Below the pieces are notes generated by a model. It was not told the DNA's origin, searched no databases, and saw only the letters and a list, made by a program, of their open reading frames with translations. 18,862 nt of DNA from Pseudomonadota bacterium (GTDB taxonomy: Bacteria; UBA10199; 2-02-FULL-44-16; JBDRGF01). This document shows positions 1-9,039 of this stretch, piece by piece. The position numbers and the translations under genes are program-made. The stretch covers positions 1-18,862 of the forward strand of contig JBDRGF010000022.1 of NCBI GenBank assembly GCA_043818055.1. The letters run 5' to 3'. Every line of letters starts with the position of its first letter. The stretch's first letter is position 1.

Positions 1-122
1 AGCAGCAATTCTCGGCGGAAAAATACAAGAGAGAAGACAAGGGTTTGCGGAGAATGAGAGAAAAAGTTTTCGTACAAATAGAGAGGGTCTTTTATAAAAT
101 CCGGTTAATTTTTGGTAAAGGA

Positions 123-226
123 GTATCAGATATCCACAAGAATCTATAATGGCGCCATATCAAGAGATCCTTGGTAAATCTCGACTGTGGCGCATCCTTT
201 TTATCATTCTTGTGGATATCTGATAC
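123..226. repeat. Perfect 21-bp inverted repeat enclosing a further stem (long hairpin inside the IS left end)
   Basis: GTATCAGATATCCACAAGAAT (123-143) is the exact reverse complement of ATTCTTGTGGATATCTGATAC (206-226). Inner pairings are GCGCCATA/TGTGGCGC and GAGAT/ATCTC. Confidence 0.9.
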
Positions 227-288
227 ATTTTTTCATATTAGGTCAAACCTTCCTCTCTATACCAGCTCATATGGAGCGAGTTAGGTTC

Positions 289-413
289 AGCTGTGGATTT
301 GTGGAAAAGCTGACACAATAGTTGTGGACAAAGCATGGAAAACAAAAGAGACGTTTTTCACCCTTTGCCCACAACTATTGTAAGCATGTCAACTTTCCCA
401 CAACCCCACAGCT
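289..413. repeat. Long imperfect hairpin rich in TGTGG/CCACA motifs upstream of the transposase
   Basis: AGCTGTGG (289-296) pairs with CCACAGCT (406-413); TTGTGGAAAAGCTGACA pairs with TGTCAACTTTCCCACAA; ACAATAGTTGTGGACAAAG (315-333) pairs with CTTTGCCCACAACTATTGT (363-381). Confidence 0.85.
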
Positions 414-491
414 ACGGCGGCCGATTTTTTTAATTTTTCAAAACCAAAAGAAGGCAAAAAATGGTATAGTTTCTCAAGGAGGGATGAAACT

Positions 492-1820
492 ATGCGAAAT
501 CCAAAGAAGCATCTAAGTTTTGAATCGCTGCGTTTAGTGATGGAGAAAGAATTAAGAGGAGTTAGTGATAAACGCAGAGTTAACCAGGTAAACTACAGTG
601 TGTATGATGTGATAATGAGTGGTTTTTCCATGATGTACTTTCAAGATTTATCAGTGTTACAATTTCAAGAGCGCATGAAAGAGGATCAACACCAGAGCAA
701 TATGGAGACGGTATTTAAAGTGTTGAATATACCGAAAGAGACTCAAATGCGTGAAGTTACGGATGAGGTGAATCGAAATATATTCAGGCCAATATTCAAA
801 GAGTATCTCAATCGGTTGCAACGCGGAAAGCATTTGGAATCGTATCAACTTTTTCCCGGGACGCACTATGTGGCAGTGGATGGGTCACAATATTTTGGGT
901 CTGAAAAAGTGGGATGTGATCACTGTTTGGAGCGTAAACATCGAGGAGGGAACGTAAGCTACAGTCATCATATATTACAGGCGGCCGTAATGCATCCTGA
1001 CAAGAATCAGGTATTGCCATTGATGCCGGAAGAGATACGCAATGAGGATGGTTATGAAAAGCAGGACTGCGAACTTAACGCCTGCAAGCGATTAATTTCA
1101 AACATTCGAAAGGATCATCCACGATTGGGCATCACTTTAGGTGGAGATGGTTTATATGCCAAACAGCCCATTGTGGAAGCGGCCAGGAGTCATGGAATGA
1201 ACTTTATATTAGTAGCTAAGCCGGACGATCACAAAATCATGATGGAATGGGTGAATGAGCAGAATCAAATGGGTGAGTTGCAGGTAAAAGAATTTCGGGA
1301 TGATAAAGGCCGTATCCATCGTTATGAATGGGTGAATCATATTCCACTCAATGGCAATGACAAGCCTGTTATAGTCAACTTTTTTCGTTATTTTCTAATC
1401 GTCAACAAGTCAGGAAAGAGCAAAGTGACTTACAAAAATAGTTGGGTGACGGATTTTGAAATTAGTGGACAAAATGTTGAGAAATTGGTGCGAGGGGGTA
1501 GATGTCGTTGGAAAATCGAGAACGAGTGTTTCAATACTTTAAAAAATCAGGGTTATAATATCGAGCACAACTACGGTCATGGCTCCAAAAATTTATCCTT
1601 TAATTTTCTACTGCTGACATTACTGGCCTTCTATTTTCATCAGATATTTGAACTGACTGATCACCTCTATCAGACAGCGCGCAAGAAATTAGGCTCTAAA
1701 CAGCATCTTTGGGAAAATTTGCGAAGTATATTCAGAATGTTCATCGTTAAGTCGTGGCAAGTGCTGCTTGAATGGATATTTGATCCATCGAGTCACACTC
1801 CCTCTACAGCATCGCCTTAA
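492..1820 (+). CDS. DDE transposase (DDE_Tnp_1-like; type often annotated ISNCY), 442 aa
   Basis: Candidate catalytic motifs VAVDGS, GGDGLY and GRCRWKIENECFNTLK (R-W-x-I-E signature), plus a CDHC motif. An AAGGAGG Shine-Dalgarno lies upstream. The ORF is inside the terminal inverted repeats. Confidence 0.9.
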   Translation: MRNPKKHLSFESLRLVMEKELRGVSDKRRVNQVNYSVYDVIMSGFSMMYFQDLSVLQFQERMKEDQHQSNMETVFKVLNIPKETQMREVTDEVNRNIFRPIFKEYLNRLQRGKHLESYQLFPGTHYVAVDGSQYFGSEKVGCDHCLERKHRGGNVSYSHHILQAAVMHPDKNQVLPLMPEEIRNEDGYEKQDCELNACKRLISNIRKDHPRLGITLGGDGLYAKQPIVEAARSHGMNFILVAKPDDHKIMMEWVNEQNQMGELQVKEFRDDKGRIHRYEWVNHIPLNGNDKPVIVNFFRYFLIVNKSGKSKVTYKNSWVTDFEISGQNVEKLVRGGRCRWKIENECFNTLKNQGYNIEHNYGHGSKNLSFNFLLLTLLAFYFHQIFELTDHLYQTARKKLGSKQHLWENLRSIFRMFIVKSWQVLLEWIFDPSSHTPSTASP

Positions 1821-2015
1821 GTGACCAAAGACTGTTACCACAAAATCTTATACTCTGTTTTGATTATTGAAGGCGTAACTGCGTTCGTATATCGCTGATT
1901 TTATCCAAAATAAAAGTTTTTTGAGCAATTTCTACACAACATTCCGAAGATCTCTCTTCAAAGAGATGTTTTTTCACTATTCCCCGCCATTTCTCGCATC
2001 CACCGAGAATTTCTG

Positions 2016-2653
2016 CAGTTACAGGAGAGGTCGATACAAATAAAATCACATCGGTTGAAGTCAACCAGATGCTCAAAAATAAATTTACGCCCGAAATCAT
2101 CAATCACCCGGGCTGCCGCATCGAATTCGGAGGAGAGGAGAAGAAGACTCAGGAGAGCATGACAAGTTTTTATATAGCGCTTGTGATAGCGCTGATTGCA
2201 ATATTCTTTTTGCTCGTGATCCTCTTCGATTCGTTTATTCAGGCTTTGATGGTTATGACGGCGATCCCATTTGCCCTCACCGGTGTCGTCATCGTATTCC
2301 TGACGCACGGACTTCCACTTGGATTTATTGCGATGATAGGCATTCTGGGATTGATGGGCGTTGTCGTGAATGACTCGATTGTCATGATCAGTTATCTCAA
2401 TGAAGTCTGTCAAAAGGAGGGGAGATCCTTTTTGTCCGCTGCAAAAGCTGCAAGCCAGAGGTTCAGGCCTGTAATATTGACAACCCTCACCACAGTTGCG
2501 GGACTTTTGCCGACAGCTTACGGAATAGGAGGAAGCCTCCCATTCATCCGTCCGATGGTGCTGGCTATGGCATGGGGCTTGATATTCGCGACGATGATCA
2601 CGCTTATCTTCATACCGCTTCTCTACACTATCATTGAACGTATTAAGGAGTAA
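2016..2653 (+). pseudogene. C-terminal fragment of an RND (AcrB/AcrD/AcrF-family) efflux permease, interrupted by the IS
   Basis: Motifs GILGLMGVVVNDSIVMI, RFRPVILTTLTTVAGLLP and PMVLAMAWGLIFATMITLIFIP are typical of the last RND transmembrane helices. The frame stays open upstream of Met 2069 back to the IS end (VTGEVDTNKITSVEVNQM). It covers only ~210 aa of a ~1000-aa family. Confidence 0.88.
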
Positions 2654-2760
2654 TTACTCCGATGTCATTCCAGTGTAGTCGGGGATTCAGAATATAGGTG
2701 AGGGTTTCAAACCTCCCATGCAAAAAATAATTTCAGGATGTATATATTAAAGAATTCAAG

Positions 2761-2789
2761 TTGCTGTCAAATCCCAATCATTGTATAAT
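2761..2789 (+). promoter_or_regulatory. Putative sigma70 promoter for the K+ channel gene (leaderless geometry)
   Basis: TTGCTG (2761-2766), 17 nt, TATAAT (2784-2789). The ATG at 2796 starts 6 nt after the -10 box and has no SD. Confidence 0.6.
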
Positions 2790-2795
2790 GCCAAA

Positions 2796-3497
2796 ATGTC
2801 AAAATGGATCCATGGCCCAAAGCATTATTGGACGATCTTGATTGCGCTCCTTTTTCTTATTTTCCTGACCGCTTTTATGGAGGAACACTCAGTTCTCTAC
2901 ATCCTCTTTGCTTTTTCACTTTTGTGGGTATTCGGATCTGTTATCTTTACGATTCGTAAAACACGCACAAGTGCCATTATTGCTATTATCAGTGGTGTCA
3001 TCGCTCTGATCAGCGGCTTTCTTTGGGCGGTACCAGGCGTGTCAGAGCTGCTGACCATTCATGCCTTCATCGTCTGCGCATTATCTTATGCAGTCTTCAT
3101 TTTCGTTGCCATTCTTTGTATCGTGCGTAGCGTCTTTTACGGTCAACGTGTAACGATGGACCGCATCGTTGGAAGTGTCTGTGGTTATCTTCTCGTAGGT
3201 TTGTGTTTTGCTTTTGTCTTTGCAGCACTTGATATCATCAATCCTTCATCATTTGATTTTGGTGGGAATGCCACGCACACGATCGAAAACTTTCGCGATT
3301 TTATATATTTCAGCTATTCGACTTTAGCGACCATCGGGTATGGGGATATGTTGCCGACATCACCGCTTACAAGAATACTATCGAGTCTTGAGGGGATTGT
3401 GGGTTCCATATATCTGGTCGTTATGGTTGCGCGGCTTGTTGGAATGCAGGTATCACAATCAGCACGAAATGCTTTAGATCAGATAGAAGAAAAATGA
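2796..3497 (+). CDS. Potassium channel family protein (Ion_trans_2 pore with extra N-terminal TM helices)
   Basis: Pore signature YFSYSTLATIGYGDMLP and several hydrophobic helices. Start placed at ATG 2796 because the TTG at 2781 overlaps the predicted promoter. Confidence 0.88.
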   Translation: MSKWIHGPKHYWTILIALLFLIFLTAFMEEHSVLYILFAFSLLWVFGSVIFTIRKTRTSAIIAIISGVIALISGFLWAVPGVSELLTIHAFIVCALSYAVFIFVAILCIVRSVFYGQRVTMDRIVGSVCGYLLVGLCFAFVFAALDIINPSSFDFGGNATHTIENFRDFIYFSYSTLATIGYGDMLPTSPLTRILSSLEGIVGSIYLVVMVARLVGMQVSQSARNALDQIEEK

Positions 3498-3513
3498 TTG
3501 AAGGGGGAAGTTT

Positions 3514-4434
3514 TTGAAAAAGGCATATCTATTTATTCTTTTTATTTTTCTTTTCTCTGTAAAATCAGTCGATGCTGCTGATAAGAGAAGGATATTGGAA
3601 CTCTTCCCTGAGGATCAACCGCTTGCCCATCTCTCATATACGTACAACAATTCTGCAAGGATAGAGAAGACAGCTGCGGGAAAAGTTACAGTGCACACTC
3701 TCGATGCCGGTGGCCAGTTTCCATTTCAACTCTCGGATAATTTCATACTGGCGCCTGGCACGACCTACTCGCTTCATCACTTCAGATTGAAAAATGTGGT
3801 CAACTATCTCAACGAGAACAGCATAAATGCGCATTATATCGCTATTCCCATCGACGCAATCTTTCTTTTCGGATCCGATTGGCTGCTGAATCTTAATTTC
3901 TCCCCTGCAATCTCGAGCGACTTGAAACAAATCGGCTATCATGATTTTCAGTTCAACGGCCGCCTCTTTGCGGGTTGGGCGTTTTCCGATATTGCAGCCC
4001 TCTACTTTGGTGTGAGCGTCAACAAGGAATTCTGGCGTTATATGCCATATCCCGTCCTGGGTTTTGTGGTGAGGCCAAAGGACTCCATCTTCGAATTTGA
4101 AATGATACTTCCCGCGTACATCAGGATGAATTTCAAAGTTGCGTCGTTTGTCAAACTCTTCATCAAAGGAGATTTTGAGGGCTACGTCTGGGATATGAAG
4201 GGTGATGGAATAGTGCCTAATCACTTTGCAAAAATGATCGATACTCATCTGGGCGGAGGAGCCCAGTTCAAGATTCGCGATGGATTCAATATTGAAGTGC
4301 TAAGCGGCATTAACCCGTTTCGGGAGTATGAATACCGTGACAACGCCAACAACAAATTCAAATCGCGACAGAGGATAAATTTCTTCGGAAGGCTCTCTCT
4401 GAACCTGACGCCTGAGATTTTATTGAATAGGTGA
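3514..4434 (+). CDS. Outer-membrane beta-barrel protein (DUF6268-like)
   Basis: Signal peptide (MKKAYLFILFIFLFSVKSVDA), alternating aromatic/hydrophobic beta-strand pattern, and PAISSD and PYPVLG motifs. TTG start preceded by AAGGGGGA. The family name is from recall. Confidence 0.7.
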   Translation: MKKAYLFILFIFLFSVKSVDAADKRRILELFPEDQPLAHLSYTYNNSARIEKTAAGKVTVHTLDAGGQFPFQLSDNFILAPGTTYSLHHFRLKNVVNYLNENSINAHYIAIPIDAIFLFGSDWLLNLNFSPAISSDLKQIGYHDFQFNGRLFAGWAFSDIAALYFGVSVNKEFWRYMPYPVLGFVVRPKDSIFEFEMILPAYIRMNFKVASFVKLFIKGDFEGYVWDMKGDGIVPNHFAKMIDTHLGGGAQFKIRDGFNIEVLSGINPFREYEYRDNANNKFKSRQRINFFGRLSLNLTPEILLNR

Positions 4435-4572
4435 CTACTATCTGGCATTTTGAACACCGGTACCTCATCAATTAAATTTTCTACACTGATGACCGGCACA
4501 AGTGCTCGTAACAATTTAATATTATCACATTGTCACTGGTGGAAATTAAATTGACGAAGCACTAGTAAGATA

Positions 4573-4600
4573 TTGACAAAAACCAAAGAGTTCCTTTAAT
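4573..4600 (+). promoter_or_regulatory. Putative sigma70 promoter of carAB
   Basis: TTGACA (4573-4578), 16 nt, TTTAAT (4595-4600). ATG 4609 follows 8 nt later with no SD. Confidence 0.55.
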
Positions 4601-4608
4601 AGCGCACG

Positions 4609-5679
4609 ATGCAAAATTCAGCAACTCAGAAAATGACCCTCGAACTCGCAGATGGAACGCGTTTCGAGGGTTTTTCTTTTGGGGCGGAGATTCCCGCCTC
4701 GGGCGAGGTCGTGTTCAACACAGGCATGGTAGGGTACCCGGAGAGCCTCACCGATCCATCATATCGCGGACAGATTCTCGTGCTCACATATCCGCTAATC
4801 GGCAATTATGGCGTCGCGAAGATGTATGCCGATTTTGAAAACTCCACATTCGAATCAGAGAGGATTCAAATTGCAGGTCTTGTCGTCTCGTCGGTGAGCC
4901 ACGATTTCAGCCACTTCAGCGCGATCAAAAGCCTCTCACAATGGCTCAAAGATCATAATATCCCAGCGATTGAAGGGGTTGATACGCGCGCCTTGACTAA
5001 GAGGCTCAGGGAATATGGAACCATTTCCGGGAGGTTTGTGACTGAGACAACTTCGGTCGATTTTCTGGATTACGGCTCGAAGAACTACGTTGCTGAAACG
5101 AGTTGCAAAGAGGTGAAGGATCACGGGGAAGGGAAAAAGCGGGTCGTACTAATCGACTGCGGCTGCAAAAACAATATCCTGAGGAATCTGAAGCGAAGAG
5201 GATTGGCCGTCACTCAGGTGCCGTGGGATTACGATTTCAATGCGCTAGGCTATGACGGCCTCTTCATATCAAACGGCCCAGGCGATCCCAAGTCATGCAC
5301 CACCACGATTAAAAATATCAGACAGGCATTCGAAAGGAATAAACCCATTTTCGGCATCTGCCTCGGCAACCAGCTGATGGCACTGGCAGCCGGTGCCGAT
5401 ACATACAAGCTCAAATATGGACACAGAAGCCAGAATCAGCCATGTGTCGAGGTCAACACAAAGCGCTGTTTTATCACATCGCAAAATCACGGCTACGCAG
5501 TAGAGGGAAAGAGCTTGCCGGGCGACTGGAAGGAGTGGTTTGTCAACGCCAACGACGCCACAAACGAGGGCATCAGACACGCCACAAAGCCCTTCTTCAG
5601 CGTCCAATTCCACCCCGAGAGCTACCCCGGCCCCAGCGATACTAATTACTTGTTTGATCATTTTGTGAAGTTACTATGA
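4609..5679 (+). CDS. carA: Carbamoyl-phosphate synthase small (glutaminase) subunit
   Basis: Motifs GEVVFNTGMVGYPESLTDPSY, SNGPGDP, PIFGICLGNQ (catalytic Cys), SQNHGY and QFHPE (His-Glu). Confidence 0.98.
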   Translation: MQNSATQKMTLELADGTRFEGFSFGAEIPASGEVVFNTGMVGYPESLTDPSYRGQILVLTYPLIGNYGVAKMYADFENSTFESERIQIAGLVVSSVSHDFSHFSAIKSLSQWLKDHNIPAIEGVDTRALTKRLREYGTISGRFVTETTSVDFLDYGSKNYVAETSCKEVKDHGEGKKRVVLIDCGCKNNILRNLKRRGLAVTQVPWDYDFNALGYDGLFISNGPGDPKSCTTTIKNIRQAFERNKPIFGICLGNQLMALAAGADTYKLKYGHRSQNQPCVEVNTKRCFITSQNHGYAVEGKSLPGDWKEWFVNANDATNEGIRHATKPFFSVQFHPESYPGPSDTNYLFDHFVKLL

Positions 5680-5709
5680 CGAATTTGGTACAAAACTTGC
5701 TTACCTTTT

Positions 5710-5746
5710 CCCCACACCGGGTGTAGGGGTGACACCCGGTGTGGGG
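5710..5746 (+). promoter_or_regulatory. Strong hairpin between carA and carB overlapping the carB ribosome-binding site
   Basis: CCCCACACCGGGTGT (5710-5724) and ACACCCGGTGTGGGG (5732-5746) form a perfect 15-bp stem. It can extend by U-G/U-A pairs over GGAGG (5746-5750), which lies 6 nt before ATG 5757. Confidence 0.7.
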
Positions 5747-5756
5747 GAGGCGAAAT

Positions 5757-8700
5757 ATGAAAAAAATACTTATTCTTGGGAGTGCGGCGTTAAAGATCGG
5801 TGAGGCGGGGGAGTTCGACTATTCGGGTTCTCAGGCGATAAAGGCCCTCAAAGAGGAGGGGCTGCATACTATCCTCATCAATCCAAACATCGCGACGATT
5901 CAGACTTCGGATAATCTTGCTGAGAGGGTCTATTTTTTGCCGGTGAATCCCCATTTTGTTGAGAGGGTGATTGAAAGGGAGAGGCCGGACGCCGTTCTCC
6001 TCAGCTTTGGTGGGCAGACTGCTCTCAACTGTGGAGTTGAGCTGTATAAAAAGGGAATTTTTGACAAGTTTAATGTAAAGGTTTTAGGGACACCCGTAGA
6101 GACTATCATCGAGACAGAAGATCGCGGTCTTTTTAAACAAAAGCTTGAAGATATAGATGTAAACACGCCTAAAAGTAGTACCGCCGAGACTAAAGAGGAT
6201 GCACTGGCTGTCGCGAGTCAGATCGGATATCCCCTCATGGTCAGAATCGCCTACGCGCTCGGTGGGCTCGGCTCCGGCGTATGCCGAAACGAGCATGAAT
6301 TTCTTCTCAAAATCGAAGAGGCCTTTTCATGCGCCTCCCAAATACTCATCGAGGAGTATCTCGAAGGGTGGAAAGAGATCGAATATGAAGTCGTCCGCGA
6401 TGCCTTCGATAATTGTATCACCGTCTGCAACATGGAGAACTTCGATCCGTTGGGGATTCACACAGGGGAGAGCATCGTCGTTGCGCCCAGTCAGACGCTC
6501 ACCGATGAGGAATATCACAAACTAAGGGAGATCTCGATCAGGGTGGTGAGGAGTTTAAAAATAGTCGGCGAATGCAACGTACAGTTTGCCCTCGACACGA
6601 AGTCGAGCGACTATCGCGTGATCGAGGTCAATGCGAGATTATCCAGAAGTTCCGCGCTGGCCTCGAAAGCAACAGGTTACCCGCTAGCATTCGTAGCTGC
6701 CAAACTCGCACTTGGAAAGAGCCTCGTCGATATCAAGAACATGGTGACCGGATCGACCAGCGCCTGCTTCGAGCCTGCCCTCGATTACATTGTCGTCAAG
6801 ATGCCGAGGTGGGATCTTCAGAAGTTTCGGATGATATCGAAGAAGATCGGCTCGTCGATGAAATCGGTCGGCGAGGTGATGGCCATCGGTCGGAATTTCG
6901 AAGAGGCCTTTCAGAAGGCGATCCGCATGCTCGCTATCGGTGCTCATGGACTCATCGGCGATGACGCCTTTCAGATCGACGATATAGAAGAGGAGCTCAA
7001 AAATCCGACCGACGAAAGAATTTTTGCCATTGCGCTGGCCTTCAAACACGGGATGGATCTTGAAAAGATTTATCAGCTTACTCACGTGAATCGCTGGTAT
7101 CTCACCAAGATGCGAGACATCGTCGATATGTATCGGCTCATCGAAGAGAAGGGGGAGAGCGGCATGACGCCTCAACTCATGCTCCAGGCGAAACAGATGG
7201 GTTTTTCCGATACGCAAATTTCCTTAGCGCTCGGCCTTCACAAGAATCAAGTCAGGGATTTAAGAAAGAGCTACAACATCACGCCAACGGTGAAGCAGAT
7301 CGACACGCTTGCTGCGGAGCATCCCGCTCGCACGAATTACCTCTACACGACATACAACGGGACTGAAAACGATGTAGAGTTTGGCGCCCCAAATTCGGTG
7401 ATCGTATTGGGATCCGGCGCGTACAAGATCGGCAGCTCAGTCGAGTTTGACTGGTGCTGTATGAACGCGGTTCAAACTTTGAAAAAGCTCAATTTAAAAA
7501 CGATAATGATCAACTATAATCCCGAAACCGTCAGCACCGACTACGATGAATGCGACCGACTCTACTTCGATGAACTCAGCTTTGAAACGGTCATGGATAT
7601 TTATGAAAAGGAAAATCCGCTCGGCATCCTGCTCTCGATGGGTGGACAGATATCAAACAACCTTGCACTCAAACTTCACAACGCAGGTGTGAGAATCTTG
7701 GGAACTTCGCCGAAGAGCATTGATACTGCGGAGGATAGACATAAATTCTCGCAGCTGCTCGACACCCTCGATATCGACCAGCCGCTTTGGAAAGAGCTGA
7801 AAGGTGTAGCCGACGCTAAAATTTTCGCGCGCGAGATAGGATATCCGGTGCTGGTCCGTCCATCCTATGTTCTTTCGGGAGCAGCTTTTGCGCTGGCGCT
7901 CAACGACGACGAGCTAGAGAGATTTTTAAAGAGGGCGGCCGCAGTCTCGTCGGAGTATCCAGTCGTCATCAGCAAATTTTTGATGAACGCCAAAGAGCTC
8001 GACATCGACGCAGTCGCGAAGGATGGCGTTGTGATAGCCTCTGTTATATCAGAACATGTCGAAAACGCCGGCGTTCATTCCGGAGATGCGACTGTCGTCG
8101 TCCCGCCACAGCGCACATATCTCGAGACGACGAGGAGGATAAATAAAATTACATCAGCGATCGCAAAGGCGCTCGATATAACAGGCCCCTTCAACATTCA
8201 GTTTCTGGCGAAGGGTAACGAGGTGAAGGTGATCGAGTGTAACTTAAGAGCCTCGCGCAGTTTTCCATTTGTATCAAAAGTGACAGGTGCAAATCTGATC
8301 GACATAGCTACGCGCGTGATGATGGGATATGGCTATGATGAGACAAAATTAAAACCGCTATGGGATCTCGATTATGTCGGCGTCAAGGCTCCACAGTTTT
8401 CATTCACGCGCCTCAAAGGCGCCGATCCGACTCTCTCTGTCGAGATGTCATCGACAGGAGAGGTTGCGTGTCTCGGTGACGACTTTGAGGAGGCATTTTT
8501 GAAGTCGATGATCTCAGTCGGGTACCGCGTGCCGATCAAAAAAATATTTCTCTCGACCGGACCTCTCGAGAGCAAGGTCGATTTTTTAGAGAGCGCGCGA
8601 TCTCTCATAAAGCTTGGCGTTGAGATCTACGCGACGGATGGCACCTCTAAATTTTTGACTGAGCATGGTGTTAAGAGCGAAAAACTCCATTGGCCGCTTG

Positions 8701-8945
8701 AAGATATCAACCCAAATTCCGCGGAGTATATAAAGAGGGGCGAGTTCGATCTCGTCATCAACATCCCGAAGAACTATCAGAAAGAGGAACTAACGAACGG
8801 TTATTTGATAAGACGCGCCGCAGCCGATCATCAGGTGCCTCTTCTCACCAACCTGCAGGTAGCCAAGAGATTCGTCGAAGCTCTTCAAAAGGTAAAGCTA
8901 GAAGATCTCTCTATCAAGGCGTGGGATGAATATTTGAATACGTGA
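5757..8945 (+). CDS. carB: Carbamoyl-phosphate synthase large subunit
   Basis: Motifs IGEAGEFDYSGSQA, IEVNARLSRSSALASKATGYPLA, IGSSVEFDWC, NPETVSTDYD and RPSYVLSG, with a C-terminal MGS-like domain. Start moved to ATG 5757, downstream of GGAGG. Confidence 0.98.
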   Translation: MKKILILGSAALKIGEAGEFDYSGSQAIKALKEEGLHTILINPNIATIQTSDNLAERVYFLPVNPHFVERVIERERPDAVLLSFGGQTALNCGVELYKKGIFDKFNVKVLGTPVETIIETEDRGLFKQKLEDIDVNTPKSSTAETKEDALAVASQIGYPLMVRIAYALGGLGSGVCRNEHEFLLKIEEAFSCASQILIEEYLEGWKEIEYEVVRDAFDNCITVCNMENFDPLGIHTGESIVVAPSQTLTDEEYHKLREISIRVVRSLKIVGECNVQFALDTKSSDYRVIEVNARLSRSSALASKATGYPLAFVAAKLALGKSLVDIKNMVTGSTSACFEPALDYIVVKMPRWDLQKFRMISKKIGSSMKSVGEVMAIGRNFEEAFQKAIRMLAIGAHGLIGDDAFQIDDIEEELKNPTDERIFAIALAFKHGMDLEKIYQLTHVNRWYLTKMRDIVDMYRLIEEKGESGMTPQLMLQAKQMGFSDTQISLALGLHKNQVRDLRKSYNITPTVKQIDTLAAEHPARTNYLYTTYNGTENDVEFGAPNSVIVLGSGAYKIGSSVEFDWCCMNAVQTLKKLNLKTIMINYNPETVSTDYDECDRLYFDELSFETVMDIYEKENPLGILLSMGGQISNNLALKLHNAGVRILGTSPKSIDTAEDRHKFSQLLDTLDIDQPLWKELKGVADAKIFAREIGYPVLVRPSYVLSGAAFALALNDDELERFLKRAAAVSSEYPVVISKFLMNAKELDIDAVAKDGVVIASVISEHVENAGVHSGDATVVVPPQRTYLETTRRINKITSAIAKALDITGPFNIQFLAKGNEVKVIECNLRASRSFPFVSKVTGANLIDIATRVMMGYGYDETKLKPLWDLDYVGVKAPQFSFTRLKGADPTLSVEMSSTGEVACLGDDFEEAFLKSMISVGYRVPIKKIFLSTGPLESKVDFLESARSLIKLGVEIYATDGTSKFLTEHGVKSEKLHWPLEDINPNSAEYIKRGEFDLVINIPKNYQKEELTNGYLIRRAAADHQVPLLTNLQVAKRFVEALQKVKLEDLSIKAWDEYLNT

Positions 8946-9013
8946 AACGTCCACCCGTGAAGCGTGAAACGTAAAAAAGGGATTTCTTGCGCTTTACGGG
9001 TGGACGTTTCACG
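8941..9013. terminator. 24-bp inverted repeat built from CGTGAAA-like heptamers between convergent genes; probable bidirectional terminator or repeat element
   Basis: CGTGAAACGTCCACCCGTGAAGCG (8941-8964) pairs with CGCTTTACGGGTGGACGTTTCACG (8990-9013), with one G-U pair. It overlaps the carB stop. Confidence 0.65.
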
Positions 9014-9039
9014 CGATCATGCTACATGCTGATTTTTTA

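Larger units (their letters stand above)
3..2015 (+). mobile_element. Insertion sequence (~2.0 kb) with a single DDE transposase, IS4-superfamily-like/ISNCY-type
   Basis: Left end CAGCAATTCTCGGCGGA (3-19) matches the reverse complement of 1999-2015 (CAGAAATTCTCGGTGGA) at 15/17 positions. The repeats enclose the transposase ORF, and RND-type coding sequence resumes immediately after 2015. The target duplication cannot be checked because only 2 nt of left flank are visible. Confidence 0.85.

Noticed and set aside
123..226. Retron msr-msd, SRP RNA or 6S RNA
   Set aside because: No reverse transcriptase is nearby, no SRP GGAA/AGCAG motif is visible, and the hairpin is too short for 6S.
204..236. 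Minus-strand micro-ORF MKKCIRYPQE behind a GAGAGGAAGG SD-like sequence
   Set aside because: Only 10 codons, lying in a hairpin arm; it cannot be distinguished from chance without conservation or ribosome profiling data.
123..420. Replication origin (oriC) suggested by DnaA-box-like motifs
   Set aside because: The motifs lie inside IS terminal repeats that interrupt an RND gene, and there is no dnaA/dnaN/gidA context.
322..516. 64-aa ORF upstream of the transposase
   Set aside because: It runs through a hairpin repeat, has a TTG start with no SD, and shows no recognisable motif.
2663..2720. TGTCATTCC...GGATTCAG fragment and a small GAGG/CCTC hairpin after the RND fragment
   Set aside because: It resembles a decayed palindromic repeat or weak terminator but is too degenerate to call.
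5739..5756. GTG start for carB
   Set aside because: It lies within the hairpin and upstream of the SD; ATG 5757 fits the SD spacing and the family N-terminus.
3634..8608. Numerous antisense or alternate-frame ORFs over the barrel gene, carA and carB
   Set aside because: They are shadows of well-supported genes and have no independent motifs.
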